A program made the position numbers and the translations under genes. Shown piece after piece: positions 28,420 to 37,117 of a DNA stretch of 64,000 nucleotides. Positions within the stretch are counted from its first letter, which is position 1, and every line of letters starts with the position of its first letter. The DNA is from a virus (Duplodnaviria > Caudoviricetes), in the IMG/VR virus record IMGVR_UViG_3300013121_000046, one strand, 5' to 3'. The notes below the pieces were generated by a model. It saw only the letters and a program-made list of their open reading frames with translations, was not told where the DNA came from and made no database searches.

Positions 28420-28679
28420 GAAAATAATACCTCACGAAACCAGCCGTCATTCTTCTCCCAGAACCACAAAGCATATCTTGATGTACAACCATACCAGCGA
28501 CCCTTATAAAAAAAGGCTAGCTCAATAGGGTTAAAAAATTCGTCTGAGTAGGAGATGCTTGCCTTCAAGGGATAACCCCCTAGTGTGGATAGGGCGGAGT
28601 GAAAACGAAGATTCATCCTCTTATTGGGCATAGTCTTTCCCAGCAATTTTGTTATGTCCGACGATGAGTACTTTCCCAT
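28395..28679 (-). CDS. YS-DL family small protein
   Basis: MGKYSSSDITKLLGKT...GWFREVL. Confidence 0.8.
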   Translation of the reverse strand: MGKYSSSDITKLLGKTMPNKRMNLRFHSALSTLGGYPLKASISYSDEFFNPIELAFFYKGRWYGCTSRYALWFWEKNDGWFREVLFSCTQSRTW

Positions 28680-28806
28680 CTCAACTCCCCCCAATCCTAA
28701 AAATTCCCACAGAAGGACACCATCCCATCATACTTATATGCCTGAAAATAAAGTTCAACCAGGGAGTGTTCCCAAAAAATATCTCTCCTCTGCCTCCCTC
28801 CCCTCG

Positions 28807-29079
28807 TCAGCCCTTGAATACAGGTAACCCCGCAAGAACCCAGTCTGGAAAATAGAAATGCTCCCGAAACAATTTTCTAGGTCGATACCATAATCCTCGA
28901 TAGAATCGTGCAAAAAGATCATACGGCACCATATTCTCTCCCGAAGGGAACATTAAGTCCACTGCGCAGCCAATACCCCCATTCGGTAAATATTGTTCAA
29001 CCCGAGATACTTCTGTTTGACCATACAGGGACATTTTAGCCAGAAGTGATATCAAGTCGCTGTAAGAATACTGAGTCAT
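28807..29079 (-). CDS. YS-DL family small protein
   Basis: MTQYSYSDLISLLAKM...PDWVLAGL. Confidence 0.8.
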   Translation of the reverse strand: MTQYSYSDLISLLAKMSLYGQTEVSRVEQYLPNGGIGCAVDLMFPSGENMVPYDLFARFYRGLWYRPRKLFREHFYFPDWVLAGLPVFKG

Positions 29080-29089
29080 GTCTGTATCT

Positions 29090-29344
29090 CTAAAGATCCG
29101 ACGGTCTAAAAAACCAGACACTCTTACGGAACCAATAGGGAACCGCCATATATACCAAGGCTTGAGACGTATTCAAGCTAAAATAAACTCTACTTTGAAT
29201 TCTCTCTCGGGTCTTAACCTCAGACTCGACCCAAAAACACAAGTACTCTCTTAGAAATATTTCCCCTGCATTCGGAAATACACTACCCTTGAAACCAACT
29301 TTTTCTACTAATCTAAACATGTCGAAGTATGAATACCGCGTCAT
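29090..29344 (-). CDS. YS-DL family small protein
   Basis: MTRYSYFDMFRLVEKV...PYWFRKSV. Confidence 0.8.
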   Translation of the reverse strand: MTRYSYFDMFRLVEKVGFKGSVFPNAGEIFLREYLCFWVESEVKTRERIQSRVYFSLNTSQALVYMAVPYWFRKSVWFFRPSDL

Positions 29345-29424
29345 CGCTGATCCTTCCCTAAGCCTCGATAGAACCGAGTGGCCTACTTAAGTCCCTTACT
29401 AGGTACTTTAACATAAAGTCTTTC

Positions 29425-29658
29425 CTACCGTAGAGAATCCTGAAACCAAGTTGGAGTCTGATCTAATATGTCCTGTACCCAAGAACTAACAGAGGCATAC
29501 CACTCACCTTCTGTATAGAAAATCAAATCATCATACAAATCATCAGTGACTCCTAGACAGAGAAAGACCTCATTCGGATGAAAAAATAAGTCTTCCACAA
29601 CACCTGAAAGAATCTTTCTCAGGATTCTTTCTAAGTCTGCAACTGAGTACCTATCCAT
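29425..29658 (-). CDS. YS-DL family small protein
   Basis: MDRYSVADLERILRKI...PTWFQDSL. Confidence 0.8.
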   Translation of the reverse strand: MDRYSVADLERILRKILSGVVEDLFFHPNEVFLCLGVTDDLYDDLIFYTEGEWYASVSSWVQDILDQTPTWFQDSLR

Positions 29659-30046
29659 TAAAATAGACCCTGCCTAAACCATTCAGGTAACGTCTCATGA
29701 ATTACGGGTTTCCCTAGTTTTTGGGTAGACCCCTAGTTAAGCTGGGGAAATACCCCAAGCTTTTGCCCCAAGTATTTGGTAAAACTTGCCTAAGCTCGGT
29801 ACTAGTCGTGGACAAAACAGGTCTCCAGTACCCATCTGATGGGAAAAATTTCAGATTTAAGTCCGTCCTACGACCAGAAAATACGATCCGAATTGAGCCA
29901 ATATTCATGCAAAGAAATTGCACATCAACAACACCGAAAAGAATTTTTCTCAGGATTCTTTCTAAGTCTACAACTGAGTACTTTTCCATTAAAATAAACC
30001 CTGCCTAAACCATTCAGGTAACGTCTCATGAATTACGGGTTTCCCT
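29598..30046. repeat. 118-bp direct repeat (29598-29715 and 29929-30046) spanning a gene junction
   Basis: Both copies encode ...GKPVIHETLPEW(F)RQGL* followed by M.(R/K)YSV.DLERILRKIL.GVV. Confidence 0.9.
29714..29989 (-). CDS. YS-DL family small protein (chimeric)
   Basis: MEKYSVVDLERILRKI...PNTWGKSL. Confidence 0.8.
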   Translation of the reverse strand: MEKYSVVDLERILRKILFGVVDVQFLCMNIGSIRIVFSGRRTDLNLKFFPSDGYWRPVLSTTSTELRQVLPNTWGKSLGYFPSLTRGLPKN

Positions 30047-30216
30047 GTTTTTTGGATAGACCACGTATACCAATAACCATTTGATCCAACCTTAGATATG
30101 AACCGATACTTAAGACCTAATATTATCTCTCCCCAATACCTATTGTATTTTCTATCCGTAGATGCCCCGATAGTACTTAGAAGTCGATCCAAATCTTCCA
30201 TTGAGTACTTACTCAT
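29989..30216 (-). CDS. YS-DL family small protein
   Basis: MSKYSMEDLDRLLSTI...PEWFRQGL. Confidence 0.8.
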   Translation of the reverse strand: MSKYSMEDLDRLLSTIGASTDRKYNRYWGEIILGLKYRFISKVGSNGYWYTWSIQKTGKPVIHETLPEWFRQGLF

Positions 30217-30413
30217 AACTTCATCTCCGTCTCCGGTACTATGCCCAATCGAAATCGGTTTGGTGGTTTGACTCTAACCATAAGCCCTCGGGGAACCACC
30301 TATTACCCACAATCGTCATACAAAATTATTTCCCAGGGGTCAACACATCGTACATTACCGCCTCACATTGTCCCAACTAGTCTGCGCAAGTGTTCTACAG
30401 AGTATTTAGTCAT
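30213..30413 (-). pseudogene. YS-DL family pseudogene (in-frame stops)
   Basis: MTKYSVEHLRRLVGTM*...CG**...PNRFRLGI in one frame. Confidence 0.65.
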
Positions 30414-30657
30414 TGAAAAGAGACTGAGGGATAATCCAAAGTCCTCCGAGAGCACGGGCCTCTTCACTATTTATGACTTTTCGATTCACATAAGCCAAGG
30501 CGGTGGGTTCGTCCCCCCATACCAGGTAGTAAGCATCTGACCCGGGATCTATTAGGGAGACATGATTACCTAATAACTTTTCCAACAGTTCATCTAAGTC
30601 CTTTTTTGAATACCTAGTACGCACTTGGCAATAGCCACACAATAAATACCCGCTCAT
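30406..30657 (-). CDS. YS-DL family small protein
   Basis: TRYSKKDLDELLEKL (likely start GTG at 30624). Confidence 0.75.
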   Translation of the reverse strand: MSGYLLCGYCQVRTRYSKKDLDELLEKLLGNHVSLIDPGSDAYYLVWGDEPTALAYVNRKVINSEEARALGGLWIIPQSLFND

Positions 30658-30826
30658 TAAAATGTACCATGACAGGCCAAGCCTTTATCGGTACCTGATA
30701 GACTCTCCATTCTGCCCTTGTACCCCTTAACCAATAAGTATCCGAAGCATCTAAGAGAGAGTGTCTATACCCAGGACATAGCTTTTGTATCAGCCAATTC
30801 AAATGTTGTTTTGAATACTTTACCAC
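30614..30826 (-). CDS. YS-DL family small protein
   Basis: MVKYSKQHLNWLIQKL. Confidence 0.75.
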   Translation of the reverse strand: MVKYSKQHLNWLIQKLCPGYRHSLLDASDTYWLRGTRAEWRVYQVPIKAWPVMVHFNERVFIVWLLPSAY

Positions 30827-31002
30827 TATACAAATTCAACCCGAAGCGTCACATGGTTAGGGGAGTACCAAAATATTTTAATCATCATATCCCGATACAT
30901 AACTTCCAAAAACCCGGTGCCCTGAAATGACCAACTACTTAGCTTAGCACAGCTAAACTTCCCCGCGAACTTTTCCATATCCTCTCTTGAGTACTTGGTC
31001 AA
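30826..31002 (-). CDS. YS-DL family small protein (58 aa, below ORF-track cutoff)
   Basis: TTG start: MTKYSREDMEKFAGKF... Confidence 0.6.
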   Translation of the reverse strand: MTKYSREDMEKFAGKFSCAKLSSWSFQGTGFLEVMYRDMMIKIFWYSPNHVTLRVEFV

Positions 31003-31185
31003 GACTCTCTCCTATTTGCTTCATGTCGAGACTTCCGGCCCCTGTCAAATACAAAGCCTGGAAGATAGTAACTTCTCCAGACTAATACATACTGAAGCCG
31101 TCCCCCCAAAAATCTTCTGAGGAAACTCTCGGATATCTTCACTCGAATACTTATCCCTCCTAAGCAGTATGTACCTCAAAATCAA

Positions 31186-31449
31186 CTATGGTAACAAATA
31201 GAAATTTCGCACAAACCAAGTTTCTATGGAAGGTAGGTTCTTTTCTACCACATGGTACCGGCCCCAAAGGCCGTCAACAAATCGGTAGGTGGTAGACCAC
31301 ACACTAAAGTCCTTTTTGTGTACAGTTATAGTCAGCCCAGTATTACTTGTGGTTATAAAGAATAACACATCATCGGACGTACCGGATACAATTAACATCT
31401 TTCTGCTTAACTTATAGATATCCCGCACAGAATACTTAGGCTTACCCAT
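31186..31449 (-). CDS. YS-DL family small protein
   Basis: PKYSVRDIYKLSRKM...TWFVRNF. Confidence 0.8.
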   Translation of the reverse strand: MGKPKYSVRDIYKLSRKMLIVSGTSDDVLFFITTSNTGLTITVHKKDFSVWSTTYRFVDGLWGRYHVVEKNLPSIETWFVRNFYLLP

Positions 31450-31714
31450 CACTAAGATATCCATACCAGTACCAGTGGTGCTCAGGTAGACCTAAAAAAA
31501 ACCATTTGGGAATACATCGGATAGTCCTAAGGCTCCTCCATCTCGAAGAATACCAACGGCTCTCCGCTGACCAGGCAATGGCTACCATATTAGTGGGCTC
31601 TTTGTCCGGGACATGTATCTTCAATACATAGTCCATACCATAAGAAGGTAGGGCTACTCTCCGACCCTCAAAAACCTTACCCAGGAGTCTTAGTAGATCC
31701 CTATTAGAATACAT
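31442..31714 (-). CDS. YS-DL family small protein
   Basis: MYSNRDLLRLLGKV...PKWFFLGL. Confidence 0.8.
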   Translation of the reverse strand: MYSNRDLLRLLGKVFEGRRVALPSYGMDYVLKIHVPDKEPTNMVAIAWSAESRWYSSRWRSLRTIRCIPKWFFLGLPEHHWYWYGYLSDG

Positions 31715-31734
31715 TAGTTTCCGGTCCTTATGAG

Positions 31735-31983
31735 TTATAGGCCTTCCCTCTCCTGTAAACTAAATCTAAACCATTGAGGCGTTGGGTCTTTTATACAATT
31801 AAAGACCCTAGTACTGCGCCATAACCGATCTTCGTAAAAAGCAATGTCCCAGAGTCCCTTATTTTCACCCACAAGATACAGTGGGTTCTCGAATGAAAAA
31901 GCAACAGTAAACTTAAATCCTTTAGCGTTAAACTTCCCAACCAACCTATTAAGGTCTGCATTAGAGTAAATTCGTGAGACCAT
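31735..31983 (-). CDS. YS-DL family small protein
   Basis: IYSNADLNRLVGKF...PQWFRFSL. Confidence 0.8.
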   Translation of the reverse strand: MVSRIYSNADLNRLVGKFNAKGFKFTVAFSFENPLYLVGENKGLWDIAFYEDRLWRSTRVFNCIKDPTPQWFRFSLQEREGL

Positions 31984-32041
31984 TTTACTCCTCTCAAAAA
32001 CTTATTTGTATCCTCATAATAATCGGGCAACAAATCTCTCC

Positions 32042-32329
32042 CTAGGATATCCCATCTAAAAACCAACGCGGGAGTTGTTTCACCAACTCTGGGGAATATA
32101 GCGTACTACTCTTAGTCCGTGACCACATTTTTTCATTAAAAATAGCTACTACTACTGAACTAATGTACTGACCATTCATACCTTTGAATGAAGACCTATC
32201 CTTTGATGGGCGTAGGGTCATAATTAAAGAGTAACCTTTATCATATCTTAAAGTCAAAACCTTCACATTTTTTACTCCAGCCTTACGTAAAAACTTCCTT
32301 AGAACCCTCTTGGGGTACCGATCAAGCAT
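32042..32329 (-). CDS. YS-DL family small protein
   Basis: RYPKRVLRKFLRKA...PRWFLDGI. Confidence 0.75.
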   Translation of the reverse strand: MLDRYPKRVLRKFLRKAGVKNVKVLTLRYDKGYSLIMTLRPSKDRSSFKGMNGQYISSVVVAIFNEKMWSRTKSSTLYSPELVKQLPRWFLDGIS

Positions 32330-32441
32330 AATATCTTATCCCCTCCAGACCCTTTCAGACCACAAAGAATACTCAGGTTCAAGTCGATCTTACTGATTAT
32401 CGCATTAAGATTCGTGCCGATGTATTTGGCTTTAGTATTTT

Positions 32442-32666
32442 TCAGGATACTCCTTTCCAAAACCAAGCCGGGACCTTATTCTTAGCTTCACTTGAAGACC
32501 ATAAATGCTCCCAGATGCCATCAAACCTAGATAGAACTATATAGATTTCATCTTGGTTATTAGGCATCCACCACGTTTCTTCCTCTTCTGAGTATAAGAA
32601 GTATATCTGAACCCCGAGTACACTTAACTTCCTCAATAACTTAAGCATGTCAAAATATGAATACAT
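32442..32666 (-). CDS. YS-DL family small protein
   Basis: MYSYFDMLKLLRKL...PAWFWKGV. Confidence 0.8.
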   Translation of the reverse strand: MYSYFDMLKLLRKLSVLGVQIYFLYSEEEETWWMPNNQDEIYIVLSRFDGIWEHLWSSSEAKNKVPAWFWKGVS

Positions 32667-32724
32667 AACTTAAACTAACCCTCGCCTATGCCGGCAGAGA
32701 AGTAGCCCTCGGAATAACTACACA

Positions 32725-32973
32725 TCAAGGTACTAGACTGTTCCAAACCCAATCGGGACACTTCTTGCTCTTGGAACAACCTCGCGACCAGTGATCTCTC
32801 CGCCTTACTGCTAATAAGCCGGAATCATTTGTATCTAATCGGGATCTCCCTACGGATACTAGAGTAGGGTAGAAAACCCCAGTAGATACTGTAACACTAA
32901 GGATATTTTGGTTTAGGGCCTTGGCCATTAATCTGGCGATATCAGGTCTCGAATAATGTCTTCTCCTAGCCAT
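32725..32973 (-). CDS. YS-DL family small protein
   Basis: HYSRPDIARLMAKA...PDWVWNSL. Confidence 0.8.
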   Translation of the reverse strand: MARRRHYSRPDIARLMAKALNQNILSVTVSTGVFYPTLVSVGRSRLDTNDSGLLAVRRRDHWSRGCSKSKKCPDWVWNSLVP

Positions 32974-32976
32974 AAT

Positions 32977-33252
32977 TTACCACAATCCCTCTAGCACCCA
33001 CTCTGGAACACCTCTAATACTGTGCATTTCTATATCAATCAGACGATGGGAGATATACCCCCAAATTTTTAACTCTCCTCTTGACTTTGGAAATAGAACA
33101 AAAGAGCCTTCGTCAATTAGAAAAAATACCCTTAAAACAAAAGGATTGTCATCAGGGTGGGAGGAATTACCAAAACCAGGGTAGATAAGCAGTTTCTCTC
33201 CCGTCACCCCCTCCATAAGCATCTTCAAATCCGAAAGACTGTACATACCCAT
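32977..33252 (-). CDS. YS-DL family small protein
   Basis: MYSLSDLKMLMEGV...PEWVLEGL. Confidence 0.8.
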   Translation of the reverse strand: MGMYSLSDLKMLMEGVTGEKLLIYPGFGNSSHPDDNPFVLRVFFLIDEGSFVLFPKSRGELKIWGYISHRLIDIEMHSIRGVPEWVLEGLW

Positions 33253-33362
33253 CTTTCCGCTCGTTTCCTAGCCCACTCCGGGCATAGTATCCCCCTGAAA
33301 ATATATACCTAAAAAGAAATAGCCAGTGGGGGGAATTCCACTGGAGATTGCTAGAAAGCGTA

Positions 33363-33644
33363 TTAGAAATGTCGAAAGCTTTTCCCCCAAATATGGGGTA
33401 GCAAGCTTTCTATTTCCTCTAGGGAGGTCTGCGCCAGGACTCGCCAGGTCTTATGCGACTCCACCCACCGTATGCCCGTGCAACCGTCGATACCCAAAAA
33501 ATGTATGCAGATCATCTGTAAATCCGCTACGATTTTCAAGGAAAGGGTCGAGCAAAGGATATTGACAAACACATACCGAGACCTGGAACAACTCATCTTT
33601 ACACAGGCTGCTTTCAGATACTTCAAATTATACCTTGTTAACAT
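33363..33644 (-). CDS. YS-DL family small protein
   Basis: TRYNLKYLKAACVKM...PHIWGKSF. Confidence 0.7.
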   Translation of the reverse strand: MLTRYNLKYLKAACVKMSCSRSRYVFVNILCSTLSLKIVADLQMICIHFLGIDGCTGIRWVESHKTWRVLAQTSLEEIESLLPHIWGKSFRHF

Positions 33645-33663
33645 TCCACCACCTTGTATGCGA

Positions 33664-33966
33664 TTAAGCTCCTAAACCAAGGTTACAAAAGTACTGGAGA
33701 CTATTACTCCAGGTGTCGGGTAAAACTCTTTTAAGCTCATTCAGGGTAGTAGCAAAAACGGGTCGCCAGTAGGCCTCGGGCTGAGAAAGTCTCAACAGAA
33801 TATTCCAACCGCCTTCAGCAACTAAAATTCTAATTGAGGTCATATTCACAAATGGGTCCATATCCACATAAGAAAATACCGTCTCCACAATTACCTGGGG
33901 TGATCCCGGCTCACAGGCCTTCTCCACCAATCTACCTACATGCCTAAAATTATACTTAGTTAGCAT
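33664..33966 (-). CDS. YS-DL family small protein
   Basis: TKYNFRHVGRLVEKA...PDTWSNSL. Confidence 0.75.
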   Translation of the reverse strand: MLTKYNFRHVGRLVEKACEPGSPQVIVETVFSYVDMDPFVNMTSIRILVAEGGWNILLRLSQPEAYWRPVFATTLNELKRVLPDTWSNSLQYFCNLGLGA

Positions 33967-33985
33967 TTTACCTAAATCCTACTGC

Positions 33986-34228
33986 CTACGCCTCGACTTG
34001 CGTACTTACCCACACCCAAAAAAAGTCCCTAGAGAAAGCCCACTGATGTTTCTTACAAATCGCAGCCCCTGACCGACCCGGGACAGTACTATTTCCGCTA
34101 TTCCAAATGGCGACACATACCCCCCTATTATCCTGCCCAATTATTGCCTCAGAATCCCTCCATAATCTACCGCTACCTTCAATTGTTCGGAATAACCTAC
34201 TCAAATGCCGCATGGAGTATCTAGGCAT
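33986..34228 (-). CDS. YS-DL family small protein
   Basis: MPRYSMRHLSRLFRTI. Confidence 0.7.
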   Translation of the reverse strand: MPRYSMRHLSRLFRTIEGSGRLWRDSEAIIGQDNRGVCVAIWNSGNSTVPGRSGAAICKKHQWAFSRDFFWVWVSTQVEA

Positions 34229-34271
34229 CGGAAAAACCTCCCGTGTACTTAGACTATTTCGAGACTACATA

Positions 34272-34496
34272 CTATGATCCCACAAGCATCTCTGGCAATC
34301 TTCGTTCGATCACACTAATCTTCCAAAGACACCTTGGGTAACGTGCATTAGGATTTACCCAAACTTGATCGGACAGCGTATCTCTACAAGACAACCAGTA
34401 AGAATTTAATAGGTCGTCTTTCGTTAAGAAAACATTCCTACCTAGTAACTTTTTCAATAGCCTAACCAACACGTTTCTTGAGTACTTAGAGGACAT
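34272..34496 (-). CDS. YS-DL family small protein
   Basis: SKYSRNVLVRLLKKL...LPEML. Confidence 0.75.
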   Translation of the reverse strand: MSSKYSRNVLVRLLKKLLGRNVFLTKDDLLNSYWLSCRDTLSDQVWVNPNARYPRCLWKISVIERRLPEMLVGS

Positions 34497-34573
34497 TCGA
34501 GGCGCACTCCACTGTTGTTTGATTAAGAAGAGTCTCTTTGGGTCAAAGCCCTGAAAGTACTTCCTTATCCATT

Positions 34574-34882
34574 TTAAGTATTTGTTCCGGCTCTTCTACG
34601 ATCTGCCCTGCGTCGAGACTTCTTAATTACAAAGCCTTCGGGGATCACCCAGAGGGTAAGGACCCTACCACTGGTGACAACTTCTCTTGGCCAAACTTTT
34701 AAGTGCAGATTTACTGCGGCATCGGCACAAGAGAGATTTTCGGGAGAGACTTTTTCTCGGGTAGCTAAGGTTGAAACTAACATATAACTTGTTAGCTTCT
34801 CGGGTAATATGTAAAATCTATACCCTCGCCGGATAAGCAGCTTATAAAAAAGCTTACTCAAATGTTCATAGGAGTACTGCAT
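34574..34882 (-). CDS. YS-DL family small protein
   Basis: MQYSYEHLSKLFYKL. Confidence 0.75.
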   Translation of the reverse strand: MQYSYEHLSKLFYKLLIRRGYRFYILPEKLTSYMLVSTLATREKVSPENLSCADAAVNLHLKVWPREVVTSGRVLTLWVIPEGFVIKKSRRRADRRRAGTNT

Positions 34883-34973
34883 AACCCAAAGGGGGCTGGA
34901 GGTAAAATATCCGGAGAGTGCTATAGGCAACCCGAGGCTGCAAGGCTGTAGATTAAACCGCCACAAAAACCTC

Positions 34974-35234
34974 CTAAGACGCTAGTCCCCGGTCACAAGT
35001 AAGACTATATATAAACCACTTCGGGTGGCTCTCTGCATGAAATGAACGCCAATAATAATTTCTCCAGTATAAAAATGGTCCAGATAAAGTAGGGGCGGAA
35101 GTAAACTCTAACCACCAACGGGAGGGAGAGTCTCCAAATCTGTCCCCGCAATTTAGAGGTGAAAATACTCCACACACTTTTTGGCGAAGTATCTTTTCCA
35201 TCAGAACATTCAAATCTAGATTAGTATACTTCAT
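34974..35234 (-). CDS. YS-DL family small protein
   Basis: MKYTNLDLNVLMEKI...PKWFIYSL. Confidence 0.8.
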   Translation of the reverse strand: MKYTNLDLNVLMEKILRQKVCGVFSPLNCGDRFGDSPSRWWLEFTSAPTLSGPFLYWRNYYWRSFHAESHPKWFIYSLTCDRGLAS

Positions 35235-35244
35235 TTTTTGATGC

Positions 35245-35529
35245 CTATTCTTGTCGCCAAGACGGTCCAAGCTTGAAGTGGCTAAAACTTACCCTGGTCC
35301 AGAGGGGCAACTCTTCCAGACCCGGTACTAAGCCATCCGAACATTCAAGTCGCCACTCATTAGACCACCAACGTAAATCCCCATAAGCTTCCCCTGTATC
35401 GCTATGGATTCTCCAGAATCTCGGGGAGGGATAAATGTTTACGAAGGTAGAAAATCCTAACTGCGCAAAGAACTTACTACCCAAAATTTTTTCCGTCAAA
35501 GCATTTAAGGCTGCAACAGAGTATTTCAT
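35245..35529 (-). CDS. YS-DL family small protein
   Basis: MKYSVAALNALTEKI...PLWTRVSF. Confidence 0.8.
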   Translation of the reverse strand: MKYSVAALNALTEKILGSKFFAQLGFSTFVNIYPSPRFWRIHSDTGEAYGDLRWWSNEWRLECSDGLVPGLEELPLWTRVSFSHFKLGPSWRQE

Positions 35530-35798
35530 ACTAACTTCTTTACTATGTCTGGATAACTTAAACTAATTTTAGCCCAGTTAGGAAATACTCCAAACTTTGG
35601 TCCATAGGGTTGTAGACAACACTCAATACTACCCCAACCCAAAAATATATAACACTCGCTATCCGCAGACATACTCCAATGTGGAGGCACCCTCTCTGAG
35701 AACTCAACATATGGAAAAAGGTTCAACGTTCCGAACAGTTCCCTACGGAGTATCTTCTCCATCAGAAAAGTTATGTCTGCTAAAGAATACCATATCAT
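35526..35798 (-). CDS. YS-DL family small protein
   Basis: WYSLADITFLMEKI...PNWAKISL. Confidence 0.8.
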   Translation of the reverse strand: MIWYSLADITFLMEKILRRELFGTLNLFPYVEFSERVPPHWSMSADSECYIFLGWGSIECCLQPYGPKFGVFPNWAKISLSYPDIVKKLV

Positions 35799-35827
35799 GT
35801 ACTAAGGACCTTCGCATTAAAAAATAG

Positions 35828-36145
35828 TTAAGAACGTGTCGGGTCATTACGCAATCGAGGGATGCTTGGGACAGCCCACAAGTGAAATATCCCATCAGAT
35901 TCCCACAGAAATTGCCGACCTCTGAGCCCTTCCAAATAACTAGTAAACACCCATTGCCCTCGAATGAAGTATAACATCAAAATATCTTCAGAAAAATTGT
36001 CCCTTACCCTAGAAAAGACATACCCTATTATATAAGAAGATGTATCAGAGGATCTACCATAGTAGGTACCGAGGTTCCTTATGGTTACCCCAGGCTTCCT
36101 AATGCTTCGCATCAGTTTCAGCACATCTATTTCAGAGTATCGCAT
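35828..36145 (-). CDS. YS-DL family small protein
   Basis: MRYSEIDVLKLMRSI. Confidence 0.8.
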   Translation of the reverse strand: MRYSEIDVLKLMRSIRKPGVTIRNLGTYYGRSSDTSSYIIGYVFSRVRDNFSEDILMLYFIRGQWVFTSYLEGLRGRQFLWESDGIFHLWAVPSIPRLRNDPTRS

Positions 36146-36201
36146 CTATCAGTAAGCCTTCTCAATTTTGGATTTTACCGTAATCAGTAAGTGCCCAATA
36201 A

Positions 36202-36501
36202 TCAAATTGGGTTAAGTGTCCAATAGTCAAAATAATTTAAGCTTTGCTTAAACCACTCAGGAATACATTTTCGATCCAGCCGGTATGTCTTTTTAGCCCA
36301 AAGAGTTCCAGATACCCAGTAAGCTCCACCAAAAAGTAAAAAAGCGGTATCCGGTTTTACCGTTGTCGCTATACTCCATAACCAAGGGGAACCTGGAAGA
36401 TTATCAAAATCTCCCACTGAGATTTGTGCAAGACTCTCAGAACTTTGGACACGGCTCTTTTGTAGAAGCCCATTCAAATCTCGAAAAGAGTAGTATCGCA
36501 C
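36202..36501 (-). CDS. YS-DL family small protein
   Basis: YYSFRDLNGLLQKS...PEWFKQSL. Confidence 0.8.
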   Translation of the reverse strand: MRYYSFRDLNGLLQKSRVQSSESLAQISVGDFDNLPGSPWLWSIATTVKPDTAFLLFGGAYWVSGTLWAKKTYRLDRKCIPEWFKQSLNYFDYWTLNPI

Positions 36502-36518
36502 TCATTATTCCTAGCTAA

Positions 36519-36788
36519 TTACGATTCCAGACTATCCACAAACCATTTAGGGATATCCACAGACTCTAAGTACAGCCCAAGGGTACGACAGTATATTCCC
36601 GCCAGTCCACAGATTGGCTCCAAGTAGATTTCTAAACTCTTACCATCACGGTAGCGAATAAGCTTCCATCTAATATCCTGCTTAAGCTTCTTTGCACTCC
36701 ACATTCCGGAAAAACCTCCTAGCGAATCTAAGTTAAAGATTTTTTCAAGGAGTCTACTCCTATCTGAATTAGAATATTTGATGTACAT
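36519..36788 (-). CDS. YS-DL family small protein
   Basis: IKYSNSDRSRLLEKI...PKWFVDSL. Confidence 0.8.
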   Translation of the reverse strand: MYIKYSNSDRSRLLEKIFNLDSLGGFSGMWSAKKLKQDIRWKLIRYRDGKSLEIYLEPICGLAGIYCRTLGLYLESVDIPKWFVDSLES

Positions 36789-36823
36789 AACCCCCGGGGA
36801 TTGGGTGTTATTCATTGTATCCC

Positions 36824-37087
36824 TTAAATTTCACTCTCTATGGGAAATAGAGCCAAACTTTTTTTTATCCACTTGGCATACCGACTTGACCGACGACACC
36901 TGTACATGGGCAACCATTGCTTGTACTTTGTGTCCCAAGCCAAGAACAGGTCTCCTCGCCCTTTACCGACCAGCTTCTCCGGCCCTAGCAACAGGGTCTC
37001 AGGGGGCATTGGGATGATCTTGCTCCGCTGCTTAGCAATTCGGAACACAAATCTCTTAACATCTGTGAATTGATACCAAGGCTGCAT
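36824..37087 (-). CDS. YS-DL family small protein
   Basis: WYQFTDVKRFVFRI...KWIKKSL. Confidence 0.7.
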   Translation of the reverse strand: MQPWYQFTDVKRFVFRIAKQRSKIIPMPPETLLLGPEKLVGKGRGDLFLAWDTKYKQWLPMYRCRRSSRYAKWIKKSLALFPIESEI

Positions 37088-37117
37088 AAGCCCACCCCCC
37101 TTATCGAGGTATAGTAC

